A stretch of 64,000 nt of DNA from Candidatus Atelocyanobacterium thalassae (GCA_051971635.1 JBFPLN010000003.1:320001-384000), one strand, 5' to 3'; shown: positions 33,664 through 44,440, counted from the stretch's first letter. Notes: a model not told the origin generated them from the letters alone. Translations and numbers: made by a program.

Positions 33664-35502
33664 ATGAGTAATATTATTCTTGACGTTTCTAATCTTCGTG
33701 TTAAATTTTACGTTAATGGGGAACTAAATAAAATTGCTGTAGATGGTATAAGTTTTCAGTTAGAGAGAGGAGAAATATTAGGAATTGTTGGAGAATCGGG
33801 CTCAGGTAAATCTGTCACTTCTTTAGCTATCATGGGTCTAATTCAGGGATCCGGAAAAATCACCTCAGATAGTAAAATTAAGTATCATCTAACAAAACAA
33901 AATTATATCGAAACAACCAAACTAAATTGTAAGGAATGGACGCAATACCGTGGCAAAAAGATTGCTATGATATTTCAGGAACCTATGAGTTCATTTAATC
34001 CTGTATATACAATTGGTTGTCAGCTTCTTGAAGCTATTGAACTTCATCAGAATTTAAACAAGAAAGAAGCTAAAGATAAAGCTATTGAATTATTGCAATA
34101 TGTAAAAGTTTTAGAAGACGATATTACACTAGAAAGAAATTGTCTCTCAGAAAAAATAGAAAAAAAAAAATCAACATTTAGATCAAGATTTAACTTGAAT
34201 CAGAAACAAATTAAATCGTATATAAGAAAACATAAAGAATCTTTTTTGCAACGTTATCCACATGAATTTTCAGGAGGACAGCTCCAGAGAATTATGATTG
34301 CTATGGCAATTTCTTGTAAGCCAGATATCTTAATTGCTGATGAACCTACAACAGCTCTTGATGTCACTATTCAGAAAGCTATTTTGAAATTGTTGTTAGA
34401 TTTGTGCAAGCAAAACAATATATCTATGATCTTTATTTCTCATGACTTAGGCGTTATTAATGAAGTCGCTGATAAGGTTTTAGTTATGTATAAGGGCAAA
34501 ATAGTGGAGAGAGGAGAAAAAGATCAAATTCTTTATTGTCCAAGACACGACTATACCAAAAGTCTAATAGCTTGTCTTCCCCCTCTGAGAAATAAAATAG
34601 ATAGATTGCCTATAGTTTCAAATTCTTTGCATCATAAAGAAACAATCGACCCTTTTCAACAAAATAGTTTAATCAATAGAATAATTTCAGATAAAGAAAT
34701 TGAAGACCGAGAGAAAGATGTTATCAACAGAAAAGTCTTATTATCTGTAAAAAATTTAACTGTTGAATTTAATAAAGTTAAAGTACTTAATAATATAAAT
34801 TTTGAAGTATATACAGGTGAAGTTTTAGGATTAGTTGGTGAATCTGGCTGTGGAAAATCAACTTTATCAAAAACAATTTTAAAGTTACTTAGAATAAAAC
34901 AAGGAAATATTCTATTTGATAAATACGCAATATCAGAACTTTCAAACAATAGTAATTTTTTACGAAAATTAAGAAAAGATATACAAATTATTTTTCAAAA
35001 TCCTTATAGCTCTTTGAATCCACGCTTGACTGTTGGGCAAACGATTATGGAGCCGATGATTATTCACAAAATAGAGAAAAAATATGCAAAAAGAAAAGAA
35101 GTTGCTGAGACATTACTAAAATTAGTCGGTTTAGAAGAGATAAGTTTTAAACGTTATCCTCACGAATTTTCTGGTGGTCAAAGACAAAGAATATGTATTG
35201 CTAGGGCTTTAGCATTAAACCCTCGTTTTATTATTTGTGATGAGTCAGTATCTGCTTTGGATGTTTCTATACAAGCACAAATCTTAAATCTTTTGAAAGA
35301 TATACAGCAAAAGTTTAAATTAACTTGTATTTTTATTTCCCATGATCTAAGTGTTGTGAGATTTATGAGTGATAGAATTATGGTAATGAGAAAAGGAGAA
35401 ATTGTTGAATTAGGAATAACAGAAGAAATTATTAATAACCCAAAAATAAAATATACAAAAGACCTTCTTAATTCAGTCCCACAACTTTATAAAAATAAAT
35501 AA
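33664..35502 (+). CDS. Peptide-type ABC transporter, fused double ATP-binding protein
   Basis: [20 protein letters not shown] and [20 protein letters not shown]. Confidence 0.9.
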   Translation: MSNIILDVSNLRVKFYVNGELNKIAVDGISFQLERGEILGIVGESGSGKSVTSLAIMGLIQGSGKITSDSKIKYHLTKQNYIETTKLNCKEWTQYRGKKIAMIFQEPMSSFNPVYTIGCQLLEAIELHQNLNKKEAKDKAIELLQYVKVLEDDITLERNCLSEKIEKKKSTFRSRFNLNQKQIKSYIRKHKESFLQRYPHEFSGGQLQRIMIAMAISCKPDILIADEPTTALDVTIQKAILKLLLDLCKQNNISMIFISHDLGVINEVADKVLVMYKGKIVERGEKDQILYCPRHDYTKSLIACLPPLRNKIDRLPIVSNSLHHKETIDPFQQNSLINRIISDKEIEDREKDVINRKVLLSVKNLTVEFNKVKVLNNINFEVYTGEVLGLVGESGCGKSTLSKTILKLLRIKQGNILFDKYAISELSNNSNFLRKLRKDIQIIFQNPYSSLNPRLTVGQTIMEPMIIHKIEKKYAKRKEVAETLLKLVGLEEISFKRYPHEFSGGQRQRICIARALALNPRFIICDESVSALDVSIQAQILNLLKDIQQKFKLTCIFISHDLSVVRFMSDRIMVMRKGEIVELGITEEIINNPKIKYTKDLLNSVPQLYKNK

Positions 35503-35941
35503 TCAATTCTATTTGTTATGTAATATTGAGTTTTTTCCTAATGTAGGATGAATAGGAACTATGTTGTTCTTAATATAAATATTTTCTTTTAATAAGAAAT
35601 GTATAAGTTGGATTGTCCTTTTCAGGATTAAATCAGATTAAATTAGTATGGTTAATCTCATAAATAATATTAATCTGACTTTTTAAACATAACTCTTATT
35701 AATTAAAATACTCTACTGTACATAAATAATGAAAGCTCTTCTGAATAAAATTTAGCTGACGTAATTAGTCTGGGATATTTAATCTACAGTCACTTTTTAT
35801 ATATAAGATAATCTTGTTAGAATCTGCAAACTAAAAATATTATTTAGGTAAAATTTGGTAAGTCTAATTATTTATTAAGTAAAATATTTAAGATAGCTTT
35901 ATATTAAAATGTCTTCTCTCTAATAAATTTTTTTTAAAAAC

Positions 35942-37039
35942 ATGTTCAATAAAATTATATTTTTTTCTATAATTTCTCTCTTTTTTAGTTTCTCAGAAAC
36001 TATTACTTTTGCTTCATCTACATCGCGCTCAACCATATCACAACACTCCTTTGAAAAAAAGCTTGATGATTTATTACGTAAAGGACGAAAATATACAGAA
36101 AATAAAGACTATCAAAAAGCAATTGATACCTACAAAGAAGCATCTACTTTAGATAAAAATAACGCAAGAATATATTCTGGAATTGCTTATTTATATACAC
36201 AGCAAAGTAACTATCAAGCTGCTGCTCAGTATTATAGAAAAGCTCTTTCCATTGATTTAAGTAACGCAGACTTTTATTATGCCTTAGGTCATAGTTTAGC
36301 TAATATTGGAGATAATGATAATGCAGCTACAGCATATTATTATGCTGTACAGCTTGATCCTAAGTCTGTCAAGAGTTACATTGGTTTAGGTGTTGTACTC
36401 TTACGAAAAGAAGACTATGACGGAGCTGCTGAAGCTTATAAAGGGGTTATTGCCTTAGATCCAAATAATCCTGATATATTTTCTATCATGGGATCTTCAT
36501 TATTACAACAAAAAGAATTTAAACAAGCTATTGAATATTTAAAAAATGCAGTTAAACAGTTTCCACGTAATACTGAATTGAGGCTATTATTGGCTACTGC
36601 TTTATTACAACAAGGTCAAATTTATTCAGGGAAGGAAGAACTTAGAATAGCAGAAAAAATTGACCCTAGAAATTTAAAAATTCAATTAAAAATTGCTGGT
36701 ATATTAGAAATTCAAAATAACTTAGAAGAGGCTTTAAAAATTTACAGACGTATCTCGTATTTTAATCAAAGATCTTCAGAAGCCTATATGGGAATTGGAC
36801 GTATTCAACTAGCACAAAAAGATTTCTTAGGAGCAATTGTTACTTATACAGATTTAATTAATATTATTCCTCAAAATCCCTTATCTTATTATTATTTAGG
36901 TCTTGCCTTTAAAGAAAGAGAAAGAATTAAAGAAGCCGATAAAGCTTTAAGGCAAGCTCTTCGACTATATCAAAAATATGACAATACATATGGTATACAA
37001 AAAACTAATGAACTTTTAGGAAAGCTTAGTAAGCCTTAA
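35942..37039 (+). CDS. Exported tetratricopeptide-repeat protein
   Basis: Hydrophobic N-terminal signal; about 9 TPR-like 34-aa repeats (A...Y..A..LDP, YY.LG). Confidence 0.88.
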   Translation: MFNKIIFFSIISLFFSFSETITFASSTSRSTISQHSFEKKLDDLLRKGRKYTENKDYQKAIDTYKEASTLDKNNARIYSGIAYLYTQQSNYQAAAQYYRKALSIDLSNADFYYALGHSLANIGDNDNAATAYYYAVQLDPKSVKSYIGLGVVLLRKEDYDGAAEAYKGVIALDPNNPDIFSIMGSSLLQQKEFKQAIEYLKNAVKQFPRNTELRLLLATALLQQGQIYSGKEELRIAEKIDPRNLKIQLKIAGILEIQNNLEEALKIYRRISYFNQRSSEAYMGIGRIQLAQKDFLGAIVTYTDLINIIPQNPLSYYYLGLAFKERERIKEADKALRQALRLYQKYDNTYGIQKTNELLGKLSKP

Positions 37040-37077
37040 TACAATAAGTACTAATGAGATTAGTGCTTATTGTATTA
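37037..37077 (+). terminator. 19-bp hairpin starting at the TPR gene stop codon
   Basis: TAATACAATAAGTACTAAT-GAG-ATTAGTGCTTATTGTATTA, one G-U pair. Confidence 0.6.
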
Positions 37078-37111
37078 GTCAAAATTTTCTCAATTTTAAG
37101 AACAGAAATTA

Positions 37112-37882
37112 ATGTAATAAAACTAGCTAGATTCTATTGATTTAAATTAATCTTTCGGTATAATGACTATTGCTATAAATTTATCAAACTAGCAAAAATC
37201 AGGATTGGAAAAATAATTATTACTTGCTACAGGGAGAGCCTTTTTCAACTACTAACCCTAGGATATTTAATTTTTACTATTTTTGATTTAGGCTATCCTA
37301 TCCCTGTTTTAATTATTCTTGGATCAATTACTGCTAATTGCCGCAAAAGTTACTCAAGAACATATTGATCATAAGAGAAGAAACTTTTTTTATGATCTTA
37401 GATCTTTTACTAGTTAGAAGTTTATTTATTTTAAGCTATGTTTTTTATCTAGTCATTCATCTTAAAGTTTGGTATCCTCCTTAATACATTATTTCTCTTA
37501 CCGAAATAATTTTTGGAAATACTATAAACAACGCAACTTTGTCTGGACAACATTATATTAAGAGTATTAGATATAGCCAGCACGAAATAGAAACGCATTT
37601 CTGTCTTGGATCTATTCCGAGGCAAACAGTTACTAGTTGCAAGAATGAATTTATACGCACTAATTTAATTCCTATTTAAAACCAAACGATAGTGTTAGGC
37701 ATTGTAGTTTAGGTGAAATGTTTATTGAGCAAATTTTAAAAGGATAAAATCTTCTGAATGCTTCTTCTTATCAAGTCTTAATTCTTTTTACGTTTGCTCT
37801 AACCAGTATATTAACTTCTATTCTGGTGACAGAAAGAATTAATCGGCAGTGTTTTTATGAAAATACACAACTGACAATTTAA
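37112..37882 (+). pseudogene. fetB: Decayed FetB/YbbM (UPF0014) iron-export ABC permease
   Basis: Manual translation: SGLEK*LLLATGRA; VWYPP*YIISLTEIIFGNTINNATLSG...EIETHFCLGSIPRQ...LIPI*NQTIVLGIV (37467-37706); EMFIEQILKG*NLLNASSYQVLILF...RQCFYENTQLTI*. Collinear with recalled cyanobacterial FetB; many stops plus frameshifts. Confidence 0.85.
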
Positions 37883-37915
37883 CTTTTCATACAAAAAAAC
37901 TTAAAGAACTTAATT

Positions 37916-39103
37916 ATGTATCATATTGTCATTTTAATTATTTGTTTTTCTATAATTGCGTGGATATATTTACTATTATTTAGAGGTGGATTCTGGCTAA
38001 ATAACGAAAAAATTTATAAGATTTCTGATCATCTTGACGATTATCCTTCTGTTTGTGCAATAGTGCCTGCTAGAAATGAAGCTACAGTTATTTCTACAAG
38101 CTTAAGATCTCTTCTAGAACAAGACTATCCGGGGAACTTTTCCATTATTTTAGTTGATGATCAGAGTAATGACAATACAAAAGACATAGCTAGACAAAGT
38201 GCAGAAAGTTACAGCAACTCTAATGATTTACATGTTGTTTCTGGAGTACCTCTTATAACTAATTGGTCAGGAAAACTATGGGCAATCAAACAAGGAATTG
38301 ATAAAGCTAACCAATTAAAAGACAAGCCAGATTATTTTCTTCTAACCGATGCAGATATTAAGCACCATAAGGATAATTTGCAGGAGCTAGTTATCAAGGC
38401 GAAAAAAGAAAACCTAGTTTTAGTCTCATTAATGGTGAAATTAAAATGTAAAAGTTTATGGGAGAAACTATTAATTCCTGCATTCATATTTTTCTTTAAA
38501 AAGCTTTATCCTTTTTCCTGGGTTAATAACTATGACAAAGCAACTGCTGCTGCTGCTGGAGGTTGCATACTAATTAGTCGTTCTATTTTAGAGGAAATTG
38601 GTGGTATCGAAGTACTTAAAGAAACTTTAATTGATGATTGCTCTTTGGCAACTTTTGTCAAGAAAAAATTAAAAGATAATACAAGATATATTAATCAAGG
38701 AATTTGGTTGGGATTAAGTGAAAACACGATTAGTTTACGTTCCTACAATAGGTTGGAACCTATATGGGATATGATAGCAAGAACTGCTTATACCCAGTTA
38801 AACCATTCTCCTTTTATGTTAGTAGGAACATTAGTAGGATTGGCATTTATATATTTAATAGGGCCAATCAGCTTTGCATATGGGTTAGCAGTTCATGATA
38901 AAGCTTTAATAATCATTGGAATGATTAATTGGCTTTTAATGACAGTTGCCTATTTACCAACTGTCATACTATATAAATGTTCGCCTTTATGGGCATTAAG
39001 TTTACCATTTATAACTTCCTTGTACGCTGCAATGACTTTTGATTCAGCCTTAAGGTATTGGAAAGGGAAAGGTGGAAAATGGAAAGGTAGAACTTATAAC
39101 TAG
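37916..39103 (+). CDS. hpnB: Hopene-associated glycosyltransferase HpnB (GT2)
   Basis: RGGFW, VPARNEA, VDDQSND, WSGKLWA, LLTDADI, LIPAFIFFF.KLYPF.WVN, AAAGGC, LIDDC, MIARTAYTQL, WKGR. Confidence 0.85.
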   Translation: MYHIVILIICFSIIAWIYLLLFRGGFWLNNEKIYKISDHLDDYPSVCAIVPARNEATVISTSLRSLLEQDYPGNFSIILVDDQSNDNTKDIARQSAESYSNSNDLHVVSGVPLITNWSGKLWAIKQGIDKANQLKDKPDYFLLTDADIKHHKDNLQELVIKAKKENLVLVSLMVKLKCKSLWEKLLIPAFIFFFKKLYPFSWVNNYDKATAAAAGGCILISRSILEEIGGIEVLKETLIDDCSLATFVKKKLKDNTRYINQGIWLGLSENTISLRSYNRLEPIWDMIARTAYTQLNHSPFMLVGTLVGLAFIYLIGPISFAYGLAVHDKALIIIGMINWLLMTVAYLPTVILYKCSPLWALSLPFITSLYAAMTFDSALRYWKGKGGKWKGRTYN

Positions 39104-39169
39104 AAAATAAAAAATTACCTTTTCGAGAAACTTTTTATCACTGTTAACGTTAATAAAATAGTTAAAATA

Positions 39170-39242
39170 CGCGCCCTGGAGGACTTGAACCCCCGACATC
39201 AGGTTTTGGAGACCTGCGTTCTACCAACTGAACTAAGAGCGC
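39170..39242 (-). tRNA. trnW: tRNA-Trp (anticodon CCA)
   Basis: Minus strand GCGCTCTTAGTTCAGTTGGTAGAACGCAGGTCTCCAAAACCTGATGTCGGGGGTTCAAGTCCTCCAGGGCGCG; downstream of rplS. Confidence 0.97.
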
Positions 39243-39337
39243 ACTGTTTGTGCCATAGTTAAATAACTTTCTACGCTTCCTAATTATAGCGTAGTTTAGT
39301 CTGACTGTGTTTAGCTATGTGCACTATTTCAAAAAAA

Positions 39338-39700
39338 TTAAATAGGACGGTCAAAACGTTGACGAATTCTAGTAGCTTTTCCTACACGGTCACGTAAGTA
39401 GTAAAGCTTAGCACGACGAACTTTTCCCCGACTAACAATTTTAATATTTGCAATACGTGGAGAATGAAGCAAGAAAACTCTTTCTACTCCAACCCCTTGA
39501 AAAGTTTTACGAACAGTAATAGTTTCATTAATACCACCATTACGCATTGCTATAACAACACCTTCATAAGGTTGGATCCTTTCTTTTCCTCCCTCTGAGA
39601 TACGTACACTGACACGAACAGAATCACCAACATTAATCTCAGGAAGATCATTCTTTAAATATTTAGATTCTATATTTTTAATAATTTCTTGGGCATTCAT
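39338..39700 (-). CDS. rplS: 50S ribosomal protein L19
   Basis: [36 protein letters not shown]. Confidence 0.98.
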   Translation of the reverse strand: MNAQEIIKNIESKYLKNDLPEINVGDSVRVSVRISEGGKERIQPYEGVVIAMRNGGINETITVRKTFQGVGVERVFLLHSPRIANIKIVSRGKVRRAKLYYLRDRVGKATRIRQRFDRPI

Positions 39701-39760
39701 AGTTTTAGTAAAAACTCACAGAATACCATAGTAATTTATTTCTTATTTAAAATCAATATA

Positions 39761-40378
39761 TTAAAATTCAATTCCTGCTTGAGCTTTAATTTTTTGCTCT
39801 TTAAACGGATGTTTTACTAAGTTCATCTCTGTTACTAGGTCAGCAATCTTTATTATTTCAGGAAGCGCATTTCTCCCTGTTAATATAACATGGGTATTTT
39901 CAGGTTTGTTTTCAAGAGCATTGACTATGGTTTGTGGTTTTAAATAACCTAACTTTAAAGCAATATTTATTTCATCAAGAAGTATTAATTGATAATTAGG
40001 ATTATTTATATAATATAAGCTTTTTTCCCATGCCTGTTCAGCTTTATGAATATCTCTTGCACGATCTTGAGTATCCCATGTAAAGCCATCTCCCATAGCA
40101 TGAAATTGAAGTTGTTTCTCAAATTTCCCTAAAATATTTTTTTCTGCAGGTTCCCAAGCGCCCTTAATAAATTGAATAATAGCTACTTGAAATCCATGTC
40201 CTAAAGAACGTAAAACCATACCTAAAGCAGCGGTCGTTTTTCCCTTGCCATTTCCCGTATTAACAATAATTAAGCCTTTTTTATTTGAGGCTTCAACGAG
40301 ACGCTTTTCTTGTACTTTCTTCCGTTGCTGCATTTTCTTCTGATATTGCTCTACAGAAAGTTTATTTTCATTTGTCAT
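39761..40378 (-). CDS. cobO: Cob(I)yrinic acid a,c-diamide adenosyltransferase (CobO/BtuR)
   Basis: NTGNGKGKTTAALG, QFIKG, GFTW, LLDEI, ILTGR, KHPF, GIEF; ATG at 40378 (track TTG 40396). Confidence 0.94.
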   Translation of the reverse strand: MTNENKLSVEQYQKKMQQRKKVQEKRLVEASNKKGLIIVNTGNGKGKTTAALGMVLRSLGHGFQVAIIQFIKGAWEPAEKNILGKFEKQLQFHAMGDGFTWDTQDRARDIHKAEQAWEKSLYYINNPNYQLILLDEINIALKLGYLKPQTIVNALENKPENTHVILTGRNALPEIIKIADLVTEMNLVKHPFKEQKIKAQAGIEF

Positions 40379-40986
40379 ATAATATAATCCTTTCAATTTT
40401 TTTAGATTTATCCATCATAGTTTAAGCCATAGGTACAATATTTTGTTTTACGATTTTTAAGTGTAATGATGAAGTGTTTCTCAAGAACTCTCTATTTAGC
40501 ATAGGAGTTTAATTTCTTTTTGTCAGAATAAGACATTTTTTTTAAATATTTATTCGTAGTTAAGTTGTTGGTATTTATAATCTTTTCATAAGCTTTACGG
40601 ATATTAAAAATTATACTTTTCTCATAAAATTCTCCTATCTTATATTGATAAGATACTATTGCTTTCCAAATAAGATAGATATATTGTCAAACATAATTAA
40701 CTTTATTAGGAAAGCAAATCAATTTGTAGCACCAAAAAATGGTATCTAATAAGATTCACTAAGCCTTTATTAGAAGTATTCTATAGAATAATTAAAAACT
40801 AATTAAAAAAAAAAGTCTATGTTTTTTATACATCGTATTTTATTATTTCTTAATAATTAAAAAAAAGTTTTATGGTTTTTATAGAGACATAGTAATAAAA
40901 TATCAAAGATTAACCAAAAAATTAAACTAGTTATTTTAGGTACAATCATTGATAATCAATTCATTGACTAAAAATATATAAAAAAT

Positions 40987-42873
40987 ATGTGTGGAATTAT
41001 TGGATATATTGGAACACAAACAGCAACAGAAATTCTCGTTGGTGGATTAGAACGGTTAGAGTATAGAGGATATGACTCAGCAGGGATTGCAACAGTTTTT
41101 GAAGGAAATATGTTTTGTACTAAAGCTAAAGGTAAGCTATATAATTTACGAGAAAAGTTAGAAAGAGAAAGTAATTTTGCCAAAGTTGGTATTGGTCATA
41201 CTCGTTGGGCCACACATGGGAAACCTGAAGAATATAATGCTCATCCTCACATTAACAATACAAAGCAAATAGCTGTAGTACAAAATGGTATTATTGAAAA
41301 TCATCAAGAGCTGAGAGAAAAATTAATAGATGATGGCTATCAATTTACATCACAAACTGATACTGAGGTTATACCTCATTTAATAGCTAAATATATTTCT
41401 AAAGAAATGAATTACAATAGCCTGTTAGAAGCAGTCAAAAAGGCTATTGATTGTTTGAAAGGAGCTTTTGCGATTGCTGTTATTTCTGCAGATTTTCCTG
41501 ATGAAATTATAGTGGCGAGAAACCAGGCTCCTTTAATTATTGGTTTTGGGCAAGGAGAATTTTTTTGTGCATCTGATGTAACAGCAATTGTTCCTCATAC
41601 TAATACAGTATTATCTTTAGAAAATAAAGAAATTGCTCGTCTTACACCTCTTGGAGTTGAAGTTTATAATTTTGAGTTGCAGCGTCTCAAAAAACTACCT
41701 CGTACTCTTGACTGGAACGTTGGAACAGTCGAGAAGCAAGGCTTTAGACATTTCATGCTTAAAGAAATTTATGAACAACCTTCTGTCGTGAGAAGTTGTT
41801 TAGAAAATTATTTAGATCCTAATTGGAATATAGAAGATATTTATGATAGTAGTCCTATCACATTAGGTAATGCTTCTGAGTTGTGTAGTAATGTTGATCA
41901 TATACAAATTGTAGCTTGTGGTACTAGTTGGAATGCAAGTTTAGTTGGAAAATACTTATTGGAACAGTTGGCAGGGATCCCAACAATGGTTCAGTATGCA
42001 TCAGAATTCCGTTATTTTCCATCTCCCATATTAGCGAATACCCTAACTATTGGAGTGACTCAATCAGGTGAAACAGCTGATACTTTGGCTGCATTAGAAA
42101 TGGAAAAGCAACGTAGAATGGGTTTAGAATTTCCCTATGATGCAAGAATTTTAGGTATTACGAATCGACCTGAAAGTACTTTGACTCACATGGTAGATTG
42201 TATAATCAACACTCATGCAGGTGTCGAAATTGGAGTGGCAGCAACTAAAAGTTTTGTGGCACAGTTAATGGGATTTTATTTTCTAGCGTTGGAGTTAGCA
42301 TATCGTCGTAAAACTCTAAGTTTTGAGAAAATTGAAGTACTCATTAAAGGTTTGAGAAAATTACCCAATCAAATTGAGATAATTTTAGAAAAACAAGGAG
42401 AACAAATTCAAGAACTATCTCATGACTTTTGTGATACTCAAGATTTTATTTTTTTAGGTAGAGGTATAAATTTTCCAATTGCTTTAGAAGGAGCTTTAAA
42501 GTTAAAAGAAATTAGTTATATACATGCAGAAGGCTATCCAGCAGGAGAAATGAAGCATGGACCCATAGCTTTATTAGATGCAAAAGTACCTGTCGTAGCA
42601 ATTACTATGCCTGGGATCGTACATGAAAAGGTTTTGTCTAATGCTCAAGAAGCAAGAGCAAGGGATGCACATCTAATAGGTGTTACATCTCTTGACGATA
42701 CGGAAGCTAGATCGATATTCAATAATTTATTATTTGTACCTGAAGTGGATGAAATATTATCACCTATTGTATCAGTAATACCTTTACAACTTTTGGCATA
42801 TCATATTGCTGCTAAAAGAGGTTTAGATGTCGATCAACCTCGCAACTTGGCCAAATCTGTTACTGTTGAGTAA
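40987..42873 (+). CDS. glmS: Glutamine--fructose-6-phosphate aminotransferase
   Basis: MCGIIG, LEYRGYDSAG, GHTRWATHG, QSGETADT, KLKEISYIHAEG, PRNLAKSVTVE. Confidence 0.98.
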   Translation: MCGIIGYIGTQTATEILVGGLERLEYRGYDSAGIATVFEGNMFCTKAKGKLYNLREKLERESNFAKVGIGHTRWATHGKPEEYNAHPHINNTKQIAVVQNGIIENHQELREKLIDDGYQFTSQTDTEVIPHLIAKYISKEMNYNSLLEAVKKAIDCLKGAFAIAVISADFPDEIIVARNQAPLIIGFGQGEFFCASDVTAIVPHTNTVLSLENKEIARLTPLGVEVYNFELQRLKKLPRTLDWNVGTVEKQGFRHFMLKEIYEQPSVVRSCLENYLDPNWNIEDIYDSSPITLGNASELCSNVDHIQIVACGTSWNASLVGKYLLEQLAGIPTMVQYASEFRYFPSPILANTLTIGVTQSGETADTLAALEMEKQRRMGLEFPYDARILGITNRPESTLTHMVDCIINTHAGVEIGVAATKSFVAQLMGFYFLALELAYRRKTLSFEKIEVLIKGLRKLPNQIEIILEKQGEQIQELSHDFCDTQDFIFLGRGINFPIALEGALKLKEISYIHAEGYPAGEMKHGPIALLDAKVPVVAITMPGIVHEKVLSNAQEARARDAHLIGVTSLDDTEARSIFNNLLFVPEVDEILSPIVSVIPLQLLAYHIAAKRGLDVDQPRNLAKSVTVE

Positions 42874-43369
42874 AGCTAATAACCTAAGATAAATATTTTT
42901 TATGTCTTATAACTATTCCTTCAATTTTTTATAAAAAAACAGTAATAATATAAATTGTATGTTGTTATAAATTTTTCTAAAATTGTTATAATTTCCTTGT
43001 GAGAGACAATATCAAAAGTTTGCAAAGTTTAAAAAATATTTTTCTAACAAAATAATAATAAATAGAACGTTCAGATGACTAACTTTACTTATATAGACAA
43101 GTGAAGTTATATTTTATTTAAGAAACAAGACGCTAAAAATACAGAATACTGATTTACATATCAATTTTTCTCGGTAAATAAGTAGTATTCTGTAAATTGA
43201 AGCTCGAGAAATGATTTGATATTATCATGATGTTCATTTTAAATAAAAGTACATAACAATATTTTAAAAATATGAATAGTAAAGAAATACTAGAAAAATT
43301 ATAATAATTAATCCTTTTATTAAATAAATTTACTTAATTAGTATTACATCACACAAATATTAACCAATA

Positions 43370-44098
43370 ATGAGTCTTTTAGATACTAGACGTAAAAAAC
43401 AACTACAAATTTGTATACAAAAGCTAGGATTATCCAATACAGAAAAGATTAACTGGGAAATACTTGACTTAGCATTAACTCATCCCACAATCTCTAAAAA
43501 AGATAATTATCAGCAGCTCGAATTTGTAGGAGATTCGGTCATAAGATTAATAGCGGCAGAAATATTATTCGAAAATTATCCTCATGAACTTGTAGGAGAA
43601 TTTGCTGCTATAAGATCTATACTTGTTAGCGACAAAACATTAGCAGAATTTGCTGAACAATATGGATTAGAACGTTATCTTCTCATGGCAGAAAGTGTTG
43701 CTCAGGATAAGATAGGGAGAGTGTCTTGGTTAGCAGATACCTTTGAAGCATTACTAGGGGCGTTGTATCTTAATAGAAGAAATATGACTTTAATACGTCC
43801 CTGGTTGGATCCATTAATTATTAAAAAGGCAGCTGAAATTAAAGCTGACCCTGCACGTCAGAACTATAAGGATGCGTTACAAGAATGGAGCCAAAGCCAA
43901 TATAAATTATTGCCAAAATACCAAGTTGTCCAATATGAGGGCAACAAAGATCATCATCAGAGATTTTTTGCGGAAGTCTGGATAAAAAATGATAATTTAG
44001 GTTCTGGATATGGTTGCTCAAAGAAAGTAGCAGAACAAGCTGCTGCTAAAAATGCTTTTTTCTCTTTTATTCATAAAAAAATTATAAATAGTAACTAG
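43370..44098 (+). CDS. rnc: Ribonuclease III
   Basis: ALTHP, QQLEFVGDS signature variant, ADTFEALLGA, dsRBD (NYKDALQEW, KK.AEQAAA). Confidence 0.93.
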   Translation: MSLLDTRRKKQLQICIQKLGLSNTEKINWEILDLALTHPTISKKDNYQQLEFVGDSVIRLIAAEILFENYPHELVGEFAAIRSILVSDKTLAEFAEQYGLERYLLMAESVAQDKIGRVSWLADTFEALLGALYLNRRNMTLIRPWLDPLIIKKAAEIKADPARQNYKDALQEWSQSQYKLLPKYQVVQYEGNKDHHQRFFAEVWIKNDNLGSGYGCSKKVAEQAAAKNAFFSFIHKKIINSN

Positions 44099-44440
44099 TA
44101 TGTAAAAATATTGATATTAGTGGAATGCCAAAGTTATTTCTAATAATTAATATTTTTCTATTTCAATGATAATTTTTTATAGAATAATTTTAAGTAATTG
44201 TTTTGATTTAAATTGATTTCAATATTTAAATTATAACTAAATAAGATTTATTAAATACCGTTAAAGTTATTGATAGTATATTGTTGGTTTAACTCTTGTC
44301 TAAAAGGAAATAAGCTTATCAAATAATTTCTTAAGCTATTTTTTGAATTAGTTTAGTAAGACCATACCGGAATCAAACAATTTACTTTTAGATTTTTAAA
44401 ATATTTGTATGGATTAGCTTAATACATTAATAAAATAGGC

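Noticed and set aside
30803..37882. TAA/TAG reassigned to Gln or read through, suggested by in-frame stops in two genes
   Set aside because: Conserved genes end exactly at TAA/TAG after their canonical C-termini (glmS VTVE, bamA GERF), and fetB also has frameshifts; pseudogenisation is simpler
40800..40883. Imperfect ~30-bp direct repeat upstream of glmS (TAATTAAAAAAAA..GT.TATG.TTTTTATA twice)
   Set aside because: Low complexity, two copies only; not CRISPR-like and no function can be supported
40397..40986. psaC remnant upstream of glmS or cobalamin riboswitch upstream of cobO
   Set aside because: No CxxCxxC-coding trace and no convincing B12-box seen
42874..43369. glmS ribozyme or RNase P RNA near glmS/rnc
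   Set aside because: The region is downstream of glmS, and the conserved rnpB GAGGAAAGTCC motif and GC-rich helices are not present
44340..44440. NtcA site upstream of glsF
   Set aside because: GTA...TAC pairs are present but not with the required N8 spacing
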